A DNA stretch of 64,000 nt, from positions 72,665 through 136,664 of the forward strand of contig JAPSGB010000011.1 in assembly GCA_035063585.1 (NCBI GenBank), given 5' to 3'. Under the pieces are notes generated by a model that was not told the DNA's origin, ran no database searches, and worked only from the letters and a program-made list of their open reading frames with translations. Shown one piece after another: positions 1-10,442 of this stretch. This DNA is from Polyangiaceae bacterium (GTDB lineage Bacteria; Myxococcota_A; Polyangia; Polyangiales; Polyangiaceae). The position numbers were made by a program, and so were the translations under genes. Positions within the stretch are counted from its first letter, which is position 1, and each line of letters opens with the position of its first letter.

Positions 1-1
1 G

Positions 2-94
2 ACGCTCGACGTCGAGGCCATCGGGCCGGACGCGGAGCTCGCCGTCAGGCGTATCGGCGAGCTCATCCAGGACCGCTTCGGGGAAGGTGAGTAG
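2..94 (+). CDS. ptsH: HPr phosphocarrier protein, C-terminal fragment (runs off the window start)
   Basis: Frame from position 2 reads TLDVEAIGPDAELAVRRIGELIQDRFGEGE*, which resembles the HPr C-terminus (G.DA..A...L....FGE). It overlaps the start of an enzyme I gene. Confidence 0.75.
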   Translation, partial: TLDVEAIGPDAELAVRRIGELIQDRFGEGE

Positions 95-1919
95 CGGGGT
101 GGCCGGCGAGGACGGCTCGAGCCCAATCGCGCGGTCGAGCTCGGCCGCGCGACCGCGCGGCGTGGAGCTCGACGGCATCGCGGGTTCGGCAGGCGTGGCC
201 GTCGGTCGCGCGGTGGTCATCGACGCCCCCGAGTCGTCGGTGGTGCGCCGTCGCATCACCGAGCAGCAGGGCGAGGAAGAGCTCGAGCGATTTCAGCGCG
301 CGGTGACGAGCGCGAGCCGGGCGCTGCGCGAGGTGGCCGAGCGGATCCGCGAGAGCGCTACTCGGGCCGAGTCGTCGATCGTCGAGGCGTACATCCTGAT
401 GCTCGAGGACGAGACCCTGCGCGACGCGGTCGAGCGCCGCATCTTGGGCGAGTGCCAGTGCGTCGAGTGGGCGGTCGACGGCGCGGTGCGCGCGATGGCC
501 GAGCAACTCCGCGCCGCGCACGATCCTTACCTCGCCGAGCGGAGCCACGATTTCGAGTTCATCGGCGATCGCATCCTGCGCCAGCTCGGCGGCCGCCAGC
601 GGACGCTCTCGCTCGTGGATCTCGAAGAGCCCGGCATCCTGGTCGCCCACGATCTCTCGCCGGCCGAGACCGCGGGGCTCCATCGCGAGCGAGTCGCGGC
701 GATGGTGATGGAGGTCGGCACGCGGACCAGCCATACGGCGATCCTCGCTCGCGCGCTCGAGATCCCGGCGGTGGTCGGGGTGAGGGAGCTGCTCACCCAG
801 GTGGCGACCGGTGATCGCCTGCTCGTGGATGCGCTCCGGGGGCGCGTGATCGTCGAGCCGACCGACGAGCAGATCGCCGCCGCGACCGCGCGCGCCGAAC
901 GCTACCGCGCCGTCGCCGAGCGCTCCCGCGTGCTCCAGCGTCCCGCCGCGACGCGCTGCGGGGTGAGGGTCGCGCTCCGCGGGAACGTGGAGCTGCCCGC
1001 CGAGGCCGGCATCGCCTCCGCGCTCGGGGCAGAGGGGATCGGGCTTTATCGTACCGAATTCCTCTACGTCGATCGCGCCGAGCCGCCCGACGAGGAGGCG
1101 CAGTTCGAGACCTACCGGCGGGTCCTGCAGGTCATGTCGCCCATGCCGGTGACGCTCCGCACGTTCGACATCGGCGGGGACAAGTACGTCTCGGCCTTCC
1201 AGGCCCCGGCCGAGATGAACCCGGCGCTCGGCCTGCGGGCCGTGCGGCTCGGGCTCGCGCGTCCCGAGCTCTTCCTCACCCAGCTCCGCGCCATGGTGCG
1301 TGCGTCGGCCTATGGCTCCCTCGCGATCATGGTCCCCATGATCGCGAGCGTACGCGAGCTGCGCGAGGTGCGGAGTCTGCTCGAGCGGGCCCGTCGCGAG
1401 GTGGACGCGGCTGGGCACCCGAGCGCGCGGGAGATCCCGCTGGGCGTCATGATCGAGGTCCCCTCGGCGGCGGTGATGGCTGCGGAGCTCGCGCGGGAAG
1501 CCGCCTTCATGAGCATCGGCACCAACGATCTGGTCCAGTACGCCCTCGCGGTGGATCGGACCAGCCGCGAGCTCGCGTACCTGGCGACGCCGTTCGATCC
1601 GGCGATTTTGCGGCTCATCCACGGGGTCGTCGCGGCGGGGCGGCTCCACGACCGACCCGTCTCGGTGTGCGGCGCGATGGCGAGCGATCCGCTGGCGGCC
1701 GTGCTCTTGGTCGGGATGGGGCTGCGAGAGCTCAGCATGGAGGCGTCGGCCATCCCCGGCATCAAGGAGGCCCTCGGCCGGGTGACGCTGGCCGAGGCCG
1801 AGGCCGTCGTCGCCGCGGCACGCGCGCTCGTCACGGCGGAGGAGATCGAGGCGCTCGTCATCGAGCGGCTCGGGCCGCTCCTGTCCGATCTGCTCGAGCT
1901 CGACGCCGCCGGCTCCTGA
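87..1919 (+). CDS. ptsI: Phosphoenolpyruvate-protein phosphotransferase (PTS enzyme I)
   Basis: TSHTAI phospho-His motif, GIGLYRTEF, RTFDIGGDK, NPALGLR, MIEVPS, SIGTNDL, VCG. Start codon approximate. Confidence 0.95.
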   Translation: MSSGVAGEDGSSPIARSSSAARPRGVELDGIAGSAGVAVGRAVVIDAPESSVVRRRITEQQGEEELERFQRAVTSASRALREVAERIRESATRAESSIVEAYILMLEDETLRDAVERRILGECQCVEWAVDGAVRAMAEQLRAAHDPYLAERSHDFEFIGDRILRQLGGRQRTLSLVDLEEPGILVAHDLSPAETAGLHRERVAAMVMEVGTRTSHTAILARALEIPAVVGVRELLTQVATGDRLLVDALRGRVIVEPTDEQIAAATARAERYRAVAERSRVLQRPAATRCGVRVALRGNVELPAEAGIASALGAEGIGLYRTEFLYVDRAEPPDEEAQFETYRRVLQVMSPMPVTLRTFDIGGDKYVSAFQAPAEMNPALGLRAVRLGLARPELFLTQLRAMVRASAYGSLAIMVPMIASVRELREVRSLLERARREVDAAGHPSAREIPLGVMIEVPSAAVMAAELAREAAFMSIGTNDLVQYALAVDRTSRELAYLATPFDPAILRLIHGVVAAGRLHDRPVSVCGAMASDPLAAVLLVGMGLRELSMEASAIPGIKEALGRVTLAEAEAVVAAARALVTAEEIEALVIERLGPLLSDLLELDAAGS

Positions 1920-1979
1920 GCGCGGCGCGCGCCCCGGGAGCGCGCTCCGCCCTTTACCGGACGCCGCGTCTCGCGCTAG

Positions 1980-4205
1980 ATGAAGCGGAGCATGTTCCGG
2001 CGCATCGTCGCGGCCGTGGTGCCCGCCTTGGCGGTGGCCGCATCGATCCTGGGGCTCCCGGGCTGCCCCGAGGCGCCGCCCGCCGATCCGCGCCTGCGCG
2101 GACAGGTGAAGCTCACGCTCCTCCACACCGCGGACATGCACTCGCGGCTCCTGCCGTACCAGATGCTCATTTCGCAGTCCGACGCCGCGCTCGGCCTCGG
2201 CGCGGCGGGCTCGATCGCCACGGTGGGCGGCGCGGCGCGCGTCGCTTACGTGCTCGACCGCGAGCGGGCGCGGGCGGACCGCGTGCTCCACATCGACGGC
2301 GGAGACTGCTTCCAGGGCGCGCCGATCTTCAACTTCTTCAGCGGCGAGGCGGAGGTCCGCGCGATGAGCTTGATGGGGACGGACGCTCAGGTCATCGCCA
2401 ACCACGAGTTCGATCAGGGCGCGCTGAACGTCCGCATCCAGGATCAGAAGTGGGCGACCTTCCCCGTCCTCGCGGCCAACTACAAGCTCGAGGACGGCGC
2501 GGTGCTCGGCCAGCCCGGGCTCGACACCGTGCTCCGGCCCTTCACCATCATCAACACCCGCGGGCTCAAGGTCGGCGTCATCGGTATGGCCAACCTCTCG
2601 AGCCTCACCTCGCTCTTCGAGCGGCCGAGCCGGCTCGGGGTGACCCCGCTCGACACCATCGACACCGCGCAGGCGTACACCGACCTGCTTCGCCCGCTGG
2701 TCGATCTGGTGGTCGTGGTCAGCCACCTCGGGCTCTCCGCCGACGAGGCGATGATCGCCGGGACGACCGGGATCGACGTGGTCCTCGGCGGCCACAACCA
2801 CATCGTCTTGCAGCCGCCGAAGGAGGTGAGCGACTGCGCGCTCACCGACGACGAGGGGCGCCACTACATCGCGCTCCGCGACGCGGACGGCCGCCCGTCG
2901 CGCCGCTACTGCCAGCCGCGCCCGGCGATTCTCGCGCACTCGGGCGCGTTCGCGAAGTACGTCGGGCGCCTCGACGTGGTGGCGAGCAACGACCCGGCGG
3001 ATCTCCCGCCGCGCTGCGCCTCGGGCAGCAGCGGGCGCTGCTACGACCCGCTCGACGGCTTCGAGATCATCGGCCACTCCTACCAGCTCTTTCCGATCAC
3101 CGAGGACGTCCCCGAGGACCGCGCGCTCACCGAGCTCCTCGAGCCGTACGTCAACCAGATGGATCAGCTCGTCGATCTCGATCTCGTGGTCGGCTACGCG
3201 CCGGACGGCTCGCGCCGCTTCGGAACCTCGGGCGGAGACTCCCCGCTCGGCAACATGATCGCGACCGCCATGCGACAGCGGCTCGGAGTGCAGACGGACT
3301 TCTCGCTCACCAACACGACGGGTATCCGCACCGACATGGTGCCGGGGCCGGTCACCATCGAGGAGGCGTTCAACATCTTCCCGTTCGACAACTCGATCTC
3401 GAAGATGCAGCTCTCGGGCGACGAGGTCCTCCAGATGTTCGACTTCGTCGCGCGGCGCTCGGCCGGGCGCGGCTGCGTGAGCCAGGTGCAAATCGCCGGC
3501 GCGCGGGTGGTCCTGAACTGCGCCGGCTGCGCGCGCGCGAATGGCGAGCCTTGCGCCGAGCACGTCTACATCGGCACCACGAGCCACCCCTGCAGCTCGG
3601 ATGCCGACTGCGCGAACCAGCGGAACGCATGCGATCTCGGCGCTCGCGACGCCAGCGGCCAGGGGCGCTGCCTCGCGGAGATCAGCCCGACTGCGTCTTA
3701 TGAGCTCGCCACCAGCAATTACCTCGCCGGCGGCGGCAGCGGCTTCACCATGCTGAAGCGCAACACCACCCAGTTCGACACCCGCATCCAGCAGCGCGAC
3801 GCCCTGGTCGACTGGATCCGCGCCGGTAAGCCCTGCGGCTGGTCGGCGGAGACGAAGACGCCCGACGGCCTGACCGCGTGCAGCACCGACGCCGACTGCG
3901 CCCGGGTGGGGACGGGCTACGCCTGCGCCTGCGCGCAAAATGCGAGCGAAGACGCCTCGGGCGCGTGCCGCTCCGGCAAGAGCTGCGAAGGTGGCGGGCG
4001 CTGCGTGCTCGCCGCCTGCCGGCAAGACGTCGCAGACTTCCATCGCCGGCGCTGCGCCGATCCGAGGAGCGCCAAGAACCTCGCCGCGTGCACCACGCGC
4101 GCGCCCGCGTGCGAGCTCGGCGGCGAGCAGTGCAAGTACCTCGCCTGCGTCGGCCGCGACGCCGGCAATTTCTCGGACGATCGCATCCTGACGGTGGGGC
4201 AGTGA
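1980..4205 (+). CDS. Secreted bifunctional metallophosphatase/5'-nucleotidase lipoprotein with Cys-rich insertions and tail
   Basis: Signal and lipobox LGLPGC; calcineurin-like motifs HTADMHS, DGGD, ANHEFD, SHLG, GGHNH; C-domain NTTGIR, PFDN, SNYLAGGGSGF. Confidence 0.9.
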   Translation: MKRSMFRRIVAAVVPALAVAASILGLPGCPEAPPADPRLRGQVKLTLLHTADMHSRLLPYQMLISQSDAALGLGAAGSIATVGGAARVAYVLDRERARADRVLHIDGGDCFQGAPIFNFFSGEAEVRAMSLMGTDAQVIANHEFDQGALNVRIQDQKWATFPVLAANYKLEDGAVLGQPGLDTVLRPFTIINTRGLKVGVIGMANLSSLTSLFERPSRLGVTPLDTIDTAQAYTDLLRPLVDLVVVVSHLGLSADEAMIAGTTGIDVVLGGHNHIVLQPPKEVSDCALTDDEGRHYIALRDADGRPSRRYCQPRPAILAHSGAFAKYVGRLDVVASNDPADLPPRCASGSSGRCYDPLDGFEIIGHSYQLFPITEDVPEDRALTELLEPYVNQMDQLVDLDLVVGYAPDGSRRFGTSGGDSPLGNMIATAMRQRLGVQTDFSLTNTTGIRTDMVPGPVTIEEAFNIFPFDNSISKMQLSGDEVLQMFDFVARRSAGRGCVSQVQIAGARVVLNCAGCARANGEPCAEHVYIGTTSHPCSSDADCANQRNACDLGARDASGQGRCLAEISPTASYELATSNYLAGGGSGFTMLKRNTTQFDTRIQQRDALVDWIRAGKPCGWSAETKTPDGLTACSTDADCARVGTGYACACAQNASEDASGACRSGKSCEGGGRCVLAACRQDVADFHRRRCADPRSAKNLAACTTRAPACELGGEQCKYLACVGRDAGNFSDDRILTVGQ

Positions 4206-5698
4206 GGCGCGGAACCTCGCGGTCCGCCCGCGCGCTCGCGTCGCTCGGCGCGCTCGGCGCGCTCGGCGCGGGCTGTACGGTCGACATCGCGCAGCCCGAG
4301 CGCGTCGAGCGGATGGGCGTGACGGTGGCGCTCGCCGACGGCACGCCGCTGCCCGGGCCGGGCGATGCGCCGCTGCCCATCCCACCGGACGGCACGGTCG
4401 AGCTCGTCGTCGATCTCCGGGCGCTCCGCGCGGACGGCGCGGTCGACGCGACCTTCTCGGGCTTCGTGCGGCTCGACGTCGAGCCCGGCACCGTGATCCG
4501 CGTGCGGGGAGAGGGCGCGGAGGGCCGAAACGCGCTGCTCGCGGGCGGCGTCGCCGAGGGGGTGCGCGTGCTCCTCGGCAACGTGCGCGGCCCGACGCGC
4601 GTCTGGGCGGAGGACATCGGCTACGTCCCGACCGATCCGTTCCTGCCGCCGGCCTGCGCGGACGGCCTCGACAATGACGGCGACGGCCTCGCCGACTACC
4701 CGGTCGATCCCGGCTGCGCCTTCGCCAACGATGACACCGAGACGGTCGGCAATTTCGCGGCGGGGGTCTCGGCGCCGGTGCGCTTCGCGCTTCCGCGCCT
4801 GGCCGACCTGCAAGGCCTGGGGGCGAGCACACCGTACTCGCAGGAGGCGGTCACGGTGATGACGGAGGACCCCGCCGTCGTCATCGTGACCCGGGTCGCC
4901 TCGGACGGCTTCTACGCGACCGACGTGACCGAGACGCGCGGCTTCGGCCACGTGTTCGCGTTCAACTTCAGCACGCCGGGCGGAGTGCGAGTCTGCGATC
5001 GGGTCACCTCGCTGTCGGGCACCGCGGCGGATTTCTTCGGCTTCACCGAGCTCTCGTTCCCATCGTACGACGTGCATGCGTGGGTGTTCCCCGACGCGCG
5101 CGGAGCGCACGACGGGCCGTGCCGCGTCCCCGAGCCGTGGCTCATCGACGCCGCCGGGATCGCCGACGCGACCGCGATGGAGAGCCACGAGTCCGGGCTC
5201 GTGCGCGTCGAGTCGGTGACGGTCGGGAAGCATTTCGGTCCTGAGCTCGCGAAGAACAACAGCTTCGGGCCGACCCGCTCGAACTGCGATTTCGACGGTT
5301 CGGGGTCGATCGACTTCACGCCGAACAGCCCGGAGGGCTCGTGCGTGAACGCCTGCGGCGCGGACGCCGAGTGCTCCGAGTGGTCCCAGTACGTCGGACG
5401 CGGAAACTTCCTCGTGCGCCTGCCGACCGGGCAGCCCATCCAGCTGAACACCGGCACCATCTCCGGGTTCGAGCCGCCGCGCGCGCGCGGCAAGGCGCTC
5501 GCGTTCGTGACCGGGACGCTCCGGAACTTCAGCGGCGGCAAGCTCAACTGGACGATCGAGCCCCGCTGCCCGGACGATCTCGTCTGCGACGATCCCTCCC
5601 AGCCCGCGTGCGATCCCGAGCGAAACGCGCCCGTGAGCTCCGGCACCGCCTGTGTCTCCCGAAGGACCACCGATGATCCGAATGAAGCCACGAACTAG
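4202..5698 (+). CDS. Cys-rich lipoprotein with a probable OB-fold nucleic-acid-binding region
   Basis: GTG overlaps the upstream stop; lipobox LGAGC; DGLDNDGDG Ca-binding-like loop. GFYATD...VRVCDRVTSLSGTAADFFGFTELS...ESGLVRV resembles the OB fold of YhcR/ExeM-type nucleases. Confidence 0.65.
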   Translation: MRRGTSRSARALASLGALGALGAGCTVDIAQPERVERMGVTVALADGTPLPGPGDAPLPIPPDGTVELVVDLRALRADGAVDATFSGFVRLDVEPGTVIRVRGEGAEGRNALLAGGVAEGVRVLLGNVRGPTRVWAEDIGYVPTDPFLPPACADGLDNDGDGLADYPVDPGCAFANDDTETVGNFAAGVSAPVRFALPRLADLQGLGASTPYSQEAVTVMTEDPAVVIVTRVASDGFYATDVTETRGFGHVFAFNFSTPGGVRVCDRVTSLSGTAADFFGFTELSFPSYDVHAWVFPDARGAHDGPCRVPEPWLIDAAGIADATAMESHESGLVRVESVTVGKHFGPELAKNNSFGPTRSNCDFDGSGSIDFTPNSPEGSCVNACGADAECSEWSQYVGRGNFLVRLPTGQPIQLNTGTISGFEPPRARGKALAFVTGTLRNFSGGKLNWTIEPRCPDDLVCDDPSQPACDPERNAPVSSGTACVSRRTTDDPNEATN

Positions 5699-7505
5699 CG
5701 CCTGCCTCCTCGGACTCGCCGCGCTCGCCACGCTCGCGCTCGCCACGCGGCCCGGCGCCGCGCAGCCGGCGCCCGACGCTCCGCCCGGCGCGCCGGGCGC
5801 GCCGCCGGTCGAACCCGCGCCCGCCGCGCCGCCGCCGGCCGAGTCCGCGCCCGCCGCGCCTGCAGCGCCACCGCCGGCCGAGCCCACGCCGCCCGCTGCA
5901 CCCGCGCCGCGGGCGCCCGCCGAGCCGCCGCCGACTCCGAGCACGACGGTCACCGCCGCGGCCGGGCCCTCCGCGCCGCCGCGCGCCCACAGCGACTTCA
6001 TGGACACCCGGCTCACCTGGACGTTCGGTGACGACGACTTCGTCCATCGAACCGGCGACGCGCTGCCGCTCTCGGCGAACGCGAGCGTGGGCGATCGCCC
6101 GCAGTATCGCCTCTTCTTCGACAACCTGAACTCGCGCTTCAGCGGTCGCGAGAACCTGACCCAGCTCGTCCTTTATAACCACCTGCCGGGCTACCTGCCG
6201 CGCCTCGACACCGAGGCGGCGCTCGTGCTCCGCGTCGATCTCTCCCAGCTCGCGAGCCAGTCGAACAACCTGAACGCCGCCTTCGAGGACGCCGGCACCT
6301 ATATCCGCCTATTTTATCGCACCGCGGGCAGCGAGGCTTCGCCCGAGGGGCTCGGGGTCACCTTCTACCCGATCGACACCGATCGCTTCCGGCTCGGGTA
6401 TCTCTATGACATCTCGTGGGGCGGCACCAACGCGCGGATCAACCAGTCGATCTTCCCGCGCCTGCAGGGGAGCGCGCCCGGGCTGAAGGCGCAGTACGAC
6501 GGCAAGGGCTGGTACGTGTTCGCCGGCTTCAAGACCGCGAGCATCATCGAGGTGCAGCAGCGCCTGGTCGACGACGCGAGCGGGGAGGGCGCCGCGACCG
6601 ACACCGTGCGCCTCGCCGAGACCAACTACGGCTTCCTCGGCGGCGCCGGCGTCGACCTGCTCGAGAACCTCCGCCTCGACGCCGGCGGCGGCTACTTCCA
6701 GCAGGGCCGCTTCGAGTACGCGGACGTCATGGGCAAGCGCGTGTTCACCTACGGCTACTCGGGCCGCGTGGTCGTTCATGATGGAATGCCGGTGCCTCGC
6801 TCGGTGGATTTCATGCTCTACCGCAATGACCCGAACGCGAACCTCCAGCAGTTTTCCGCCGAGGAATACACGCCGGGCAAGCTCAGCTGGGCCGTCTCGC
6901 TCGAGGGCACCGAGCTCCGTCAGAACCTGAAGGACTTCGACGCGGCCGGCAAGACGGCCATCCAGCCCGCGCGCGCCGCCGCCGCTCAGGCGAACCTGAA
7001 GCTTGGCTATCTGCGCGCCACGGTGAGCGCCATCTATCGGGATTTGCCGTTCGTGCTCCGCAATCAGCCGAGCTTCATCCCGTTCGAGACGCTCCCGAAT
7101 GACGCCAAGACGGAAGACGAGATGTTCTTCGCCGCCGCGGCGGACTACTACATCGACTCGCTCCGCCTCACCCCCGGCATCGGCGCGGGCCTGCAGATGC
7201 CGGCGACCTTCCGCAGCGAGTCGGTCGACGCCTTCGGCAACGACACGAGCCGGACCATCGTCGTGCGGCAGCAGGGCGACCTCGCGTTCCTCCCGGCGGG
7301 CTATGATCGGGTCCCCATCGTGCAGGCGCGCGCGAGCGTGAAATGGGACATCTCGCCGATGCTCGCGGCGGTCGTGTGGGGGCAGTATCGCCGCGACAAC
7401 AACGCGACGCGCCTCGAGCTCGACCCGACCGGGACCGTGCTCCTCCGCCGCTTCCTCGGCCCGGACTTCATCGGCGCCGGGATCTCGGCGCAAGCGCGCT
7501 TCTAG
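5673..7505 (+). CDS. Putative outer-membrane beta-barrel protein with Pro-rich N-terminal linker
   Basis: AAGGA upstream of ATG 5673; signal peptide; amphipathic beta-strand pattern; ends GAGISAQARF (terminal Phe beta-signal). Confidence 0.7.
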   Translation: MIRMKPRTSACLLGLAALATLALATRPGAAQPAPDAPPGAPGAPPVEPAPAAPPPAESAPAAPAAPPPAEPTPPAAPAPRAPAEPPPTPSTTVTAAAGPSAPPRAHSDFMDTRLTWTFGDDDFVHRTGDALPLSANASVGDRPQYRLFFDNLNSRFSGRENLTQLVLYNHLPGYLPRLDTEAALVLRVDLSQLASQSNNLNAAFEDAGTYIRLFYRTAGSEASPEGLGVTFYPIDTDRFRLGYLYDISWGGTNARINQSIFPRLQGSAPGLKAQYDGKGWYVFAGFKTASIIEVQQRLVDDASGEGAATDTVRLAETNYGFLGGAGVDLLENLRLDAGGGYFQQGRFEYADVMGKRVFTYGYSGRVVVHDGMPVPRSVDFMLYRNDPNANLQQFSAEEYTPGKLSWAVSLEGTELRQNLKDFDAAGKTAIQPARAAAAQANLKLGYLRATVSAIYRDLPFVLRNQPSFIPFETLPNDAKTEDEMFFAAAADYYIDSLRLTPGIGAGLQMPATFRSESVDAFGNDTSRTIVVRQQGDLAFLPAGYDRVPIVQARASVKWDISPMLAAVVWGQYRRDNNATRLELDPTGTVLLRRFLGPDFIGAGISAQARF

Positions 7506-7646
7506 CGCGAGCGCCCGCCCGGCCCGCCGGCTCCAGGAGCGGGGTGGGGGGGGGCCGGTTCGGCGCGGCCGGCGTCGGGCTCCCCCGTCCGGTGAGCGTG
7601 AACCGCGACTGAGGCTACGTTCAGTGGGCGCGCGGTCACCGAGCGG

Positions 7647-7674
7647 TTGACCGGAGGCCGGCGGTGCGTATACT
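7647..7674 (+). promoter_or_regulatory. Sigma70-type promoter for rpsO-pnp
   Basis: TTGACC-N16-TATACT, 24 nt upstream of the rpsO ATG; AGGA RBS in between. Confidence 0.7.
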
Positions 7675-7698
7675 CCGCGGACTTTTCAGGAAAAGACC

Positions 7699-7968
7699 AT
7701 GCCGCTACTCCCCGAAGCGAAACAAGAGGTCATCACGACCTACAAGCTCCACGACTCGGACACGGGCTCGCCGGAAGTGCAGATCGCGCTGCTTTCGAGC
7801 CGGATCCAGTACCTCACCGGGCACTTCAAGACGCACAAGAAGGACCACCACTCGCGGCGCGGGCTGCTCAAGATGGTAGGCCGTCGTCGCCGGCTCCTCG
7901 ACTACCTCAAGCGGTCGGATGTCGAGCGATATCGCAAGATCGTCACCTCACTGAACCTCCGCAAGTAG
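7699..7968 (+). CDS. rpsO: 30S ribosomal protein S15
   Basis: 89 aa; [37 protein letters not shown]. Confidence 0.98.
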   Translation: MPLLPEAKQEVITTYKLHDSDTGSPEVQIALLSSRIQYLTGHFKTHKKDHHSRRGLLKMVGRRRRLLDYLKRSDVERYRKIVTSLNLRK

Positions 7969-8137
7969 TCGTCTCGGCTCGATCATCCCATCCGGCCCGA
8001 GGGGCCTCTTCGCTTCGACTTCGCTTCGCGCCCGTGACCTTCCGGGTCGCGCGCGGGAACCGAGGCTGAAGCGGGATCTCTCATGGCCGGCGTCAGCCGC
8101 ACGCAGCGGCCCTGTGCGCCAAGGGGGCGCTTCAGCA

Positions 8138-10375
8138 ATGTTCGTACGTGAATCCGTAATGGTGGGCGGCCGTCCGCTCACCCTCGAGACTGGCCGTCTG
8201 GCCAAGCAGGCGCACGGCGCCGTCCTCATCACCTTCGGCGAGAGCGTGGTGCTCGTCACCGCGGTCTCGACCGACGAGCGGCCCGGGCTCGATTTCTTCC
8301 CGCTCACCTGCGAGTACCAGGAGAAGACGTACTCCGCGGGCAAGATCCCGGGCGGCTTCTTCAAGCGCGAGGGGCGCCTCCGGGACTACGAGGTGCTCAC
8401 CTCGCGCATCATGGATCGGCCGCTCCGTCCGCTCTTCCCCGAGGGGTACAAGAAGGACACGCAGGTCATCGCGACCGTCCTCAGCGCCGACAAGATGAAC
8501 CCGACCGACGTGCTCGCGCTCACCGCCGCGAGCGCCGCGGTCCACATCTCGGACATCCCCTGGGACGGCCCCATCTGCGGGATCCGGGTGGCCCGGGTGG
8601 ACGGCGAGCTCATCTCCTACCCGACCTTCGAGCAGAGCGAGCGGGCCGACATCGATCTGGTGGTCGCGGTCAGCAAGTCCGCCATCGTGATGGTCGAGGG
8701 CGGCGCCGCGGAGGCGAGCGAGGCGGAGATCATCGACGCGCTGATGTTCGCGCACCAGACCGGGCAGGTGATCATCGAGCTCATCGAGAAGCTCCGCGCC
8801 GCGGTGGGCAAGCCGAAGCGCGAGTTCTCGGTCACCAAGCTCGACCCGGCCATCGCGGCGCGAGTGGCCGCGCTGGTGGACGCGAAGCTCCGCCAGGCCT
8901 GCGTCGTCAAGGACAAGAAGGAGCGCTACGACGGCTACTCGGCCCTGAAGAAGGAGCTCGTCGCGACGCTCTCCGCCGAGCTCGGCGAGGCGAAGTGGGC
9001 CGAGGTCGAGAAGCTCGTGAAGGGCGAGTTCGAGGAGCGGAAGTACCACGTCGTCCGCGCCATGGTGCTCGACGAGCGCCGGCGCATCGACGGCCGCGAC
9101 GAGAAGACGATTCGGCCGATCTCCTGCGAGGTCGGGCTCCTGCCGCGCACCCACGGCTCGGCGCTCTTCCAGCGCGGCGAGACGCAGGCCATCGTCACCT
9201 CCACGCTCGGCACCGCGAGCGACGAGCAGAAGATCGACGCGCTCACCGGCGAGAGCTGGAAGCGCTTCATGCTCCACTATAACTTCCCGCCCTTCTCCAC
9301 CGGCGAGACCAAGCCGCTCCGCGGCCCGGGTCGGCGCGAGGTCGGCCACGGCGCGCTCGCCGAGCGCGCCATCGTGCGGATGCTGCCCGAGCGCGAGAAG
9401 TTCCCGTACACCGTCCGCATCGTGAGCGAGATCCTCGAGTCGAACGGCTCGAGCTCGATGGCGAGCGTGTGCGGCGGCACCCTCAGCCTCATGGACTGCG
9501 GGGTGCCGATCAAGCGCCCGGTCGCCGGGATCGCGATGGGGCTCATCTCCGAGGGCAGCAAGGTCGCCATCCTGAGTGACATCCTCGGCGATGAAGATCA
9601 CCTCGGCGACATGGACTTCAAGGTGTGCGGCACCGACAAGGGCATCACCGCCATCCAGATGGACATCAAGATCGCCGGGCTCGACCGCGCCATCCTCGAG
9701 CGCGCGCTCGACCAGGCGCGCGAGGGGCGGCTCCACATCCTCGGCAAGATGCTGGCCACGCTCCCCGAGCCGCGCAGCGAGATCAACCGCTGGGCGCCGC
9801 GCATCACCACCATCAAGGTGAAGCCGGATCAGATCCGCATCATCATCGGGCCCGGCGGCAAGACCATCAAGGGCATCACCGAGCAGACCGGCTGCAGCGT
9901 GGACGTCGAGGACGACGGCACGGTGGCGGTCGCGAGCAGCGACTCGGACGCGGTCCGGCGCGCGATCGACATCATCCAGGGCCTGGTCGCCGAGCCCGAG
10001 GTCGGCAAGGTCTACCGGGGCACCGTGCGCCGCGTGGTGGATTTCGGCGCGTTCGTCGAGATCCTGCCGGGCAACGAGGCGCTGCTTCACGTCTCCGAGA
10101 TCGCGCACGAGCGCGTCGAGAACGTCTCGGACGTGCTCAAAGAGGGCGACGAGATCGACGTGAAGGTCATCAGCGTGGATCGCGAGGGCAAGACGCGGCT
10201 CACCCGCCGTGAGCTCCTGCCGTTCCCCGAGGGCACCGAGGGCGAGCTCGCGCGCGAGCGCATCGCCAAGGCCCGCGAGGGCGGCCCGCCGCAGCGTAGC
10301 GGCGGCCGCGGCCGCGACGATCGCGGCCGGGGTGGGCACGGGGGCGGTCGCGGGGGCGGTCGCGGTCCGCGCTAG
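8138..10375 (+). CDS. pnp: Polyribonucleotide nucleotidyltransferase (PNPase)
   Basis: ETGRLAKQA, FFPLT, GGFFKREG, HGSALFQRGETQ, SNGSSSMASVC, DILGDEDHLGDMDFKV, KH and S1 domains; follows rpsO. Confidence 0.98.
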   Translation: MFVRESVMVGGRPLTLETGRLAKQAHGAVLITFGESVVLVTAVSTDERPGLDFFPLTCEYQEKTYSAGKIPGGFFKREGRLRDYEVLTSRIMDRPLRPLFPEGYKKDTQVIATVLSADKMNPTDVLALTAASAAVHISDIPWDGPICGIRVARVDGELISYPTFEQSERADIDLVVAVSKSAIVMVEGGAAEASEAEIIDALMFAHQTGQVIIELIEKLRAAVGKPKREFSVTKLDPAIAARVAALVDAKLRQACVVKDKKERYDGYSALKKELVATLSAELGEAKWAEVEKLVKGEFEERKYHVVRAMVLDERRRIDGRDEKTIRPISCEVGLLPRTHGSALFQRGETQAIVTSTLGTASDEQKIDALTGESWKRFMLHYNFPPFSTGETKPLRGPGRREVGHGALAERAIVRMLPEREKFPYTVRIVSEILESNGSSSMASVCGGTLSLMDCGVPIKRPVAGIAMGLISEGSKVAILSDILGDEDHLGDMDFKVCGTDKGITAIQMDIKIAGLDRAILERALDQAREGRLHILGKMLATLPEPRSEINRWAPRITTIKVKPDQIRIIIGPGGKTIKGITEQTGCSVDVEDDGTVAVASSDSDAVRRAIDIIQGLVAEPEVGKVYRGTVRRVVDFGAFVEILPGNEALLHVSEIAHERVENVSDVLKEGDEIDVKVISVDREGKTRLTRRELLPFPEGTEGELARERIAKAREGGPPQRSGGRGRDDRGRGGHGGGRGGGRGPR

Positions 10376-10442
10376 CGCGGGCCCCGGGGGCCGCGCCGTC
10401 CTCCGTGGACGGCTCGGCCCGGCTTCGAGTACGGTTCGGCGC

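Noticed and set aside
63..4832. Very long antisense/alternate-frame ORFs (also 35736-40091, 19052-21376, 8132-10483 and others)
   Set aside because: Shadow ORFs expected at this GC content. They are Arg/Ala/Pro-rich, motif-free, and lie opposite well-supported genes.
7541..7554. G-run as a G-quadruplex element
   Set aside because: A single short G tract in GC-rich intergenic DNA, with no supporting pattern.
7969..8137. Structured RNA between rpsO and pnp
   Set aside because: Short hairpins exist and pnp leaders are often RNase III-processed, but I cannot define a specific structure by eye.
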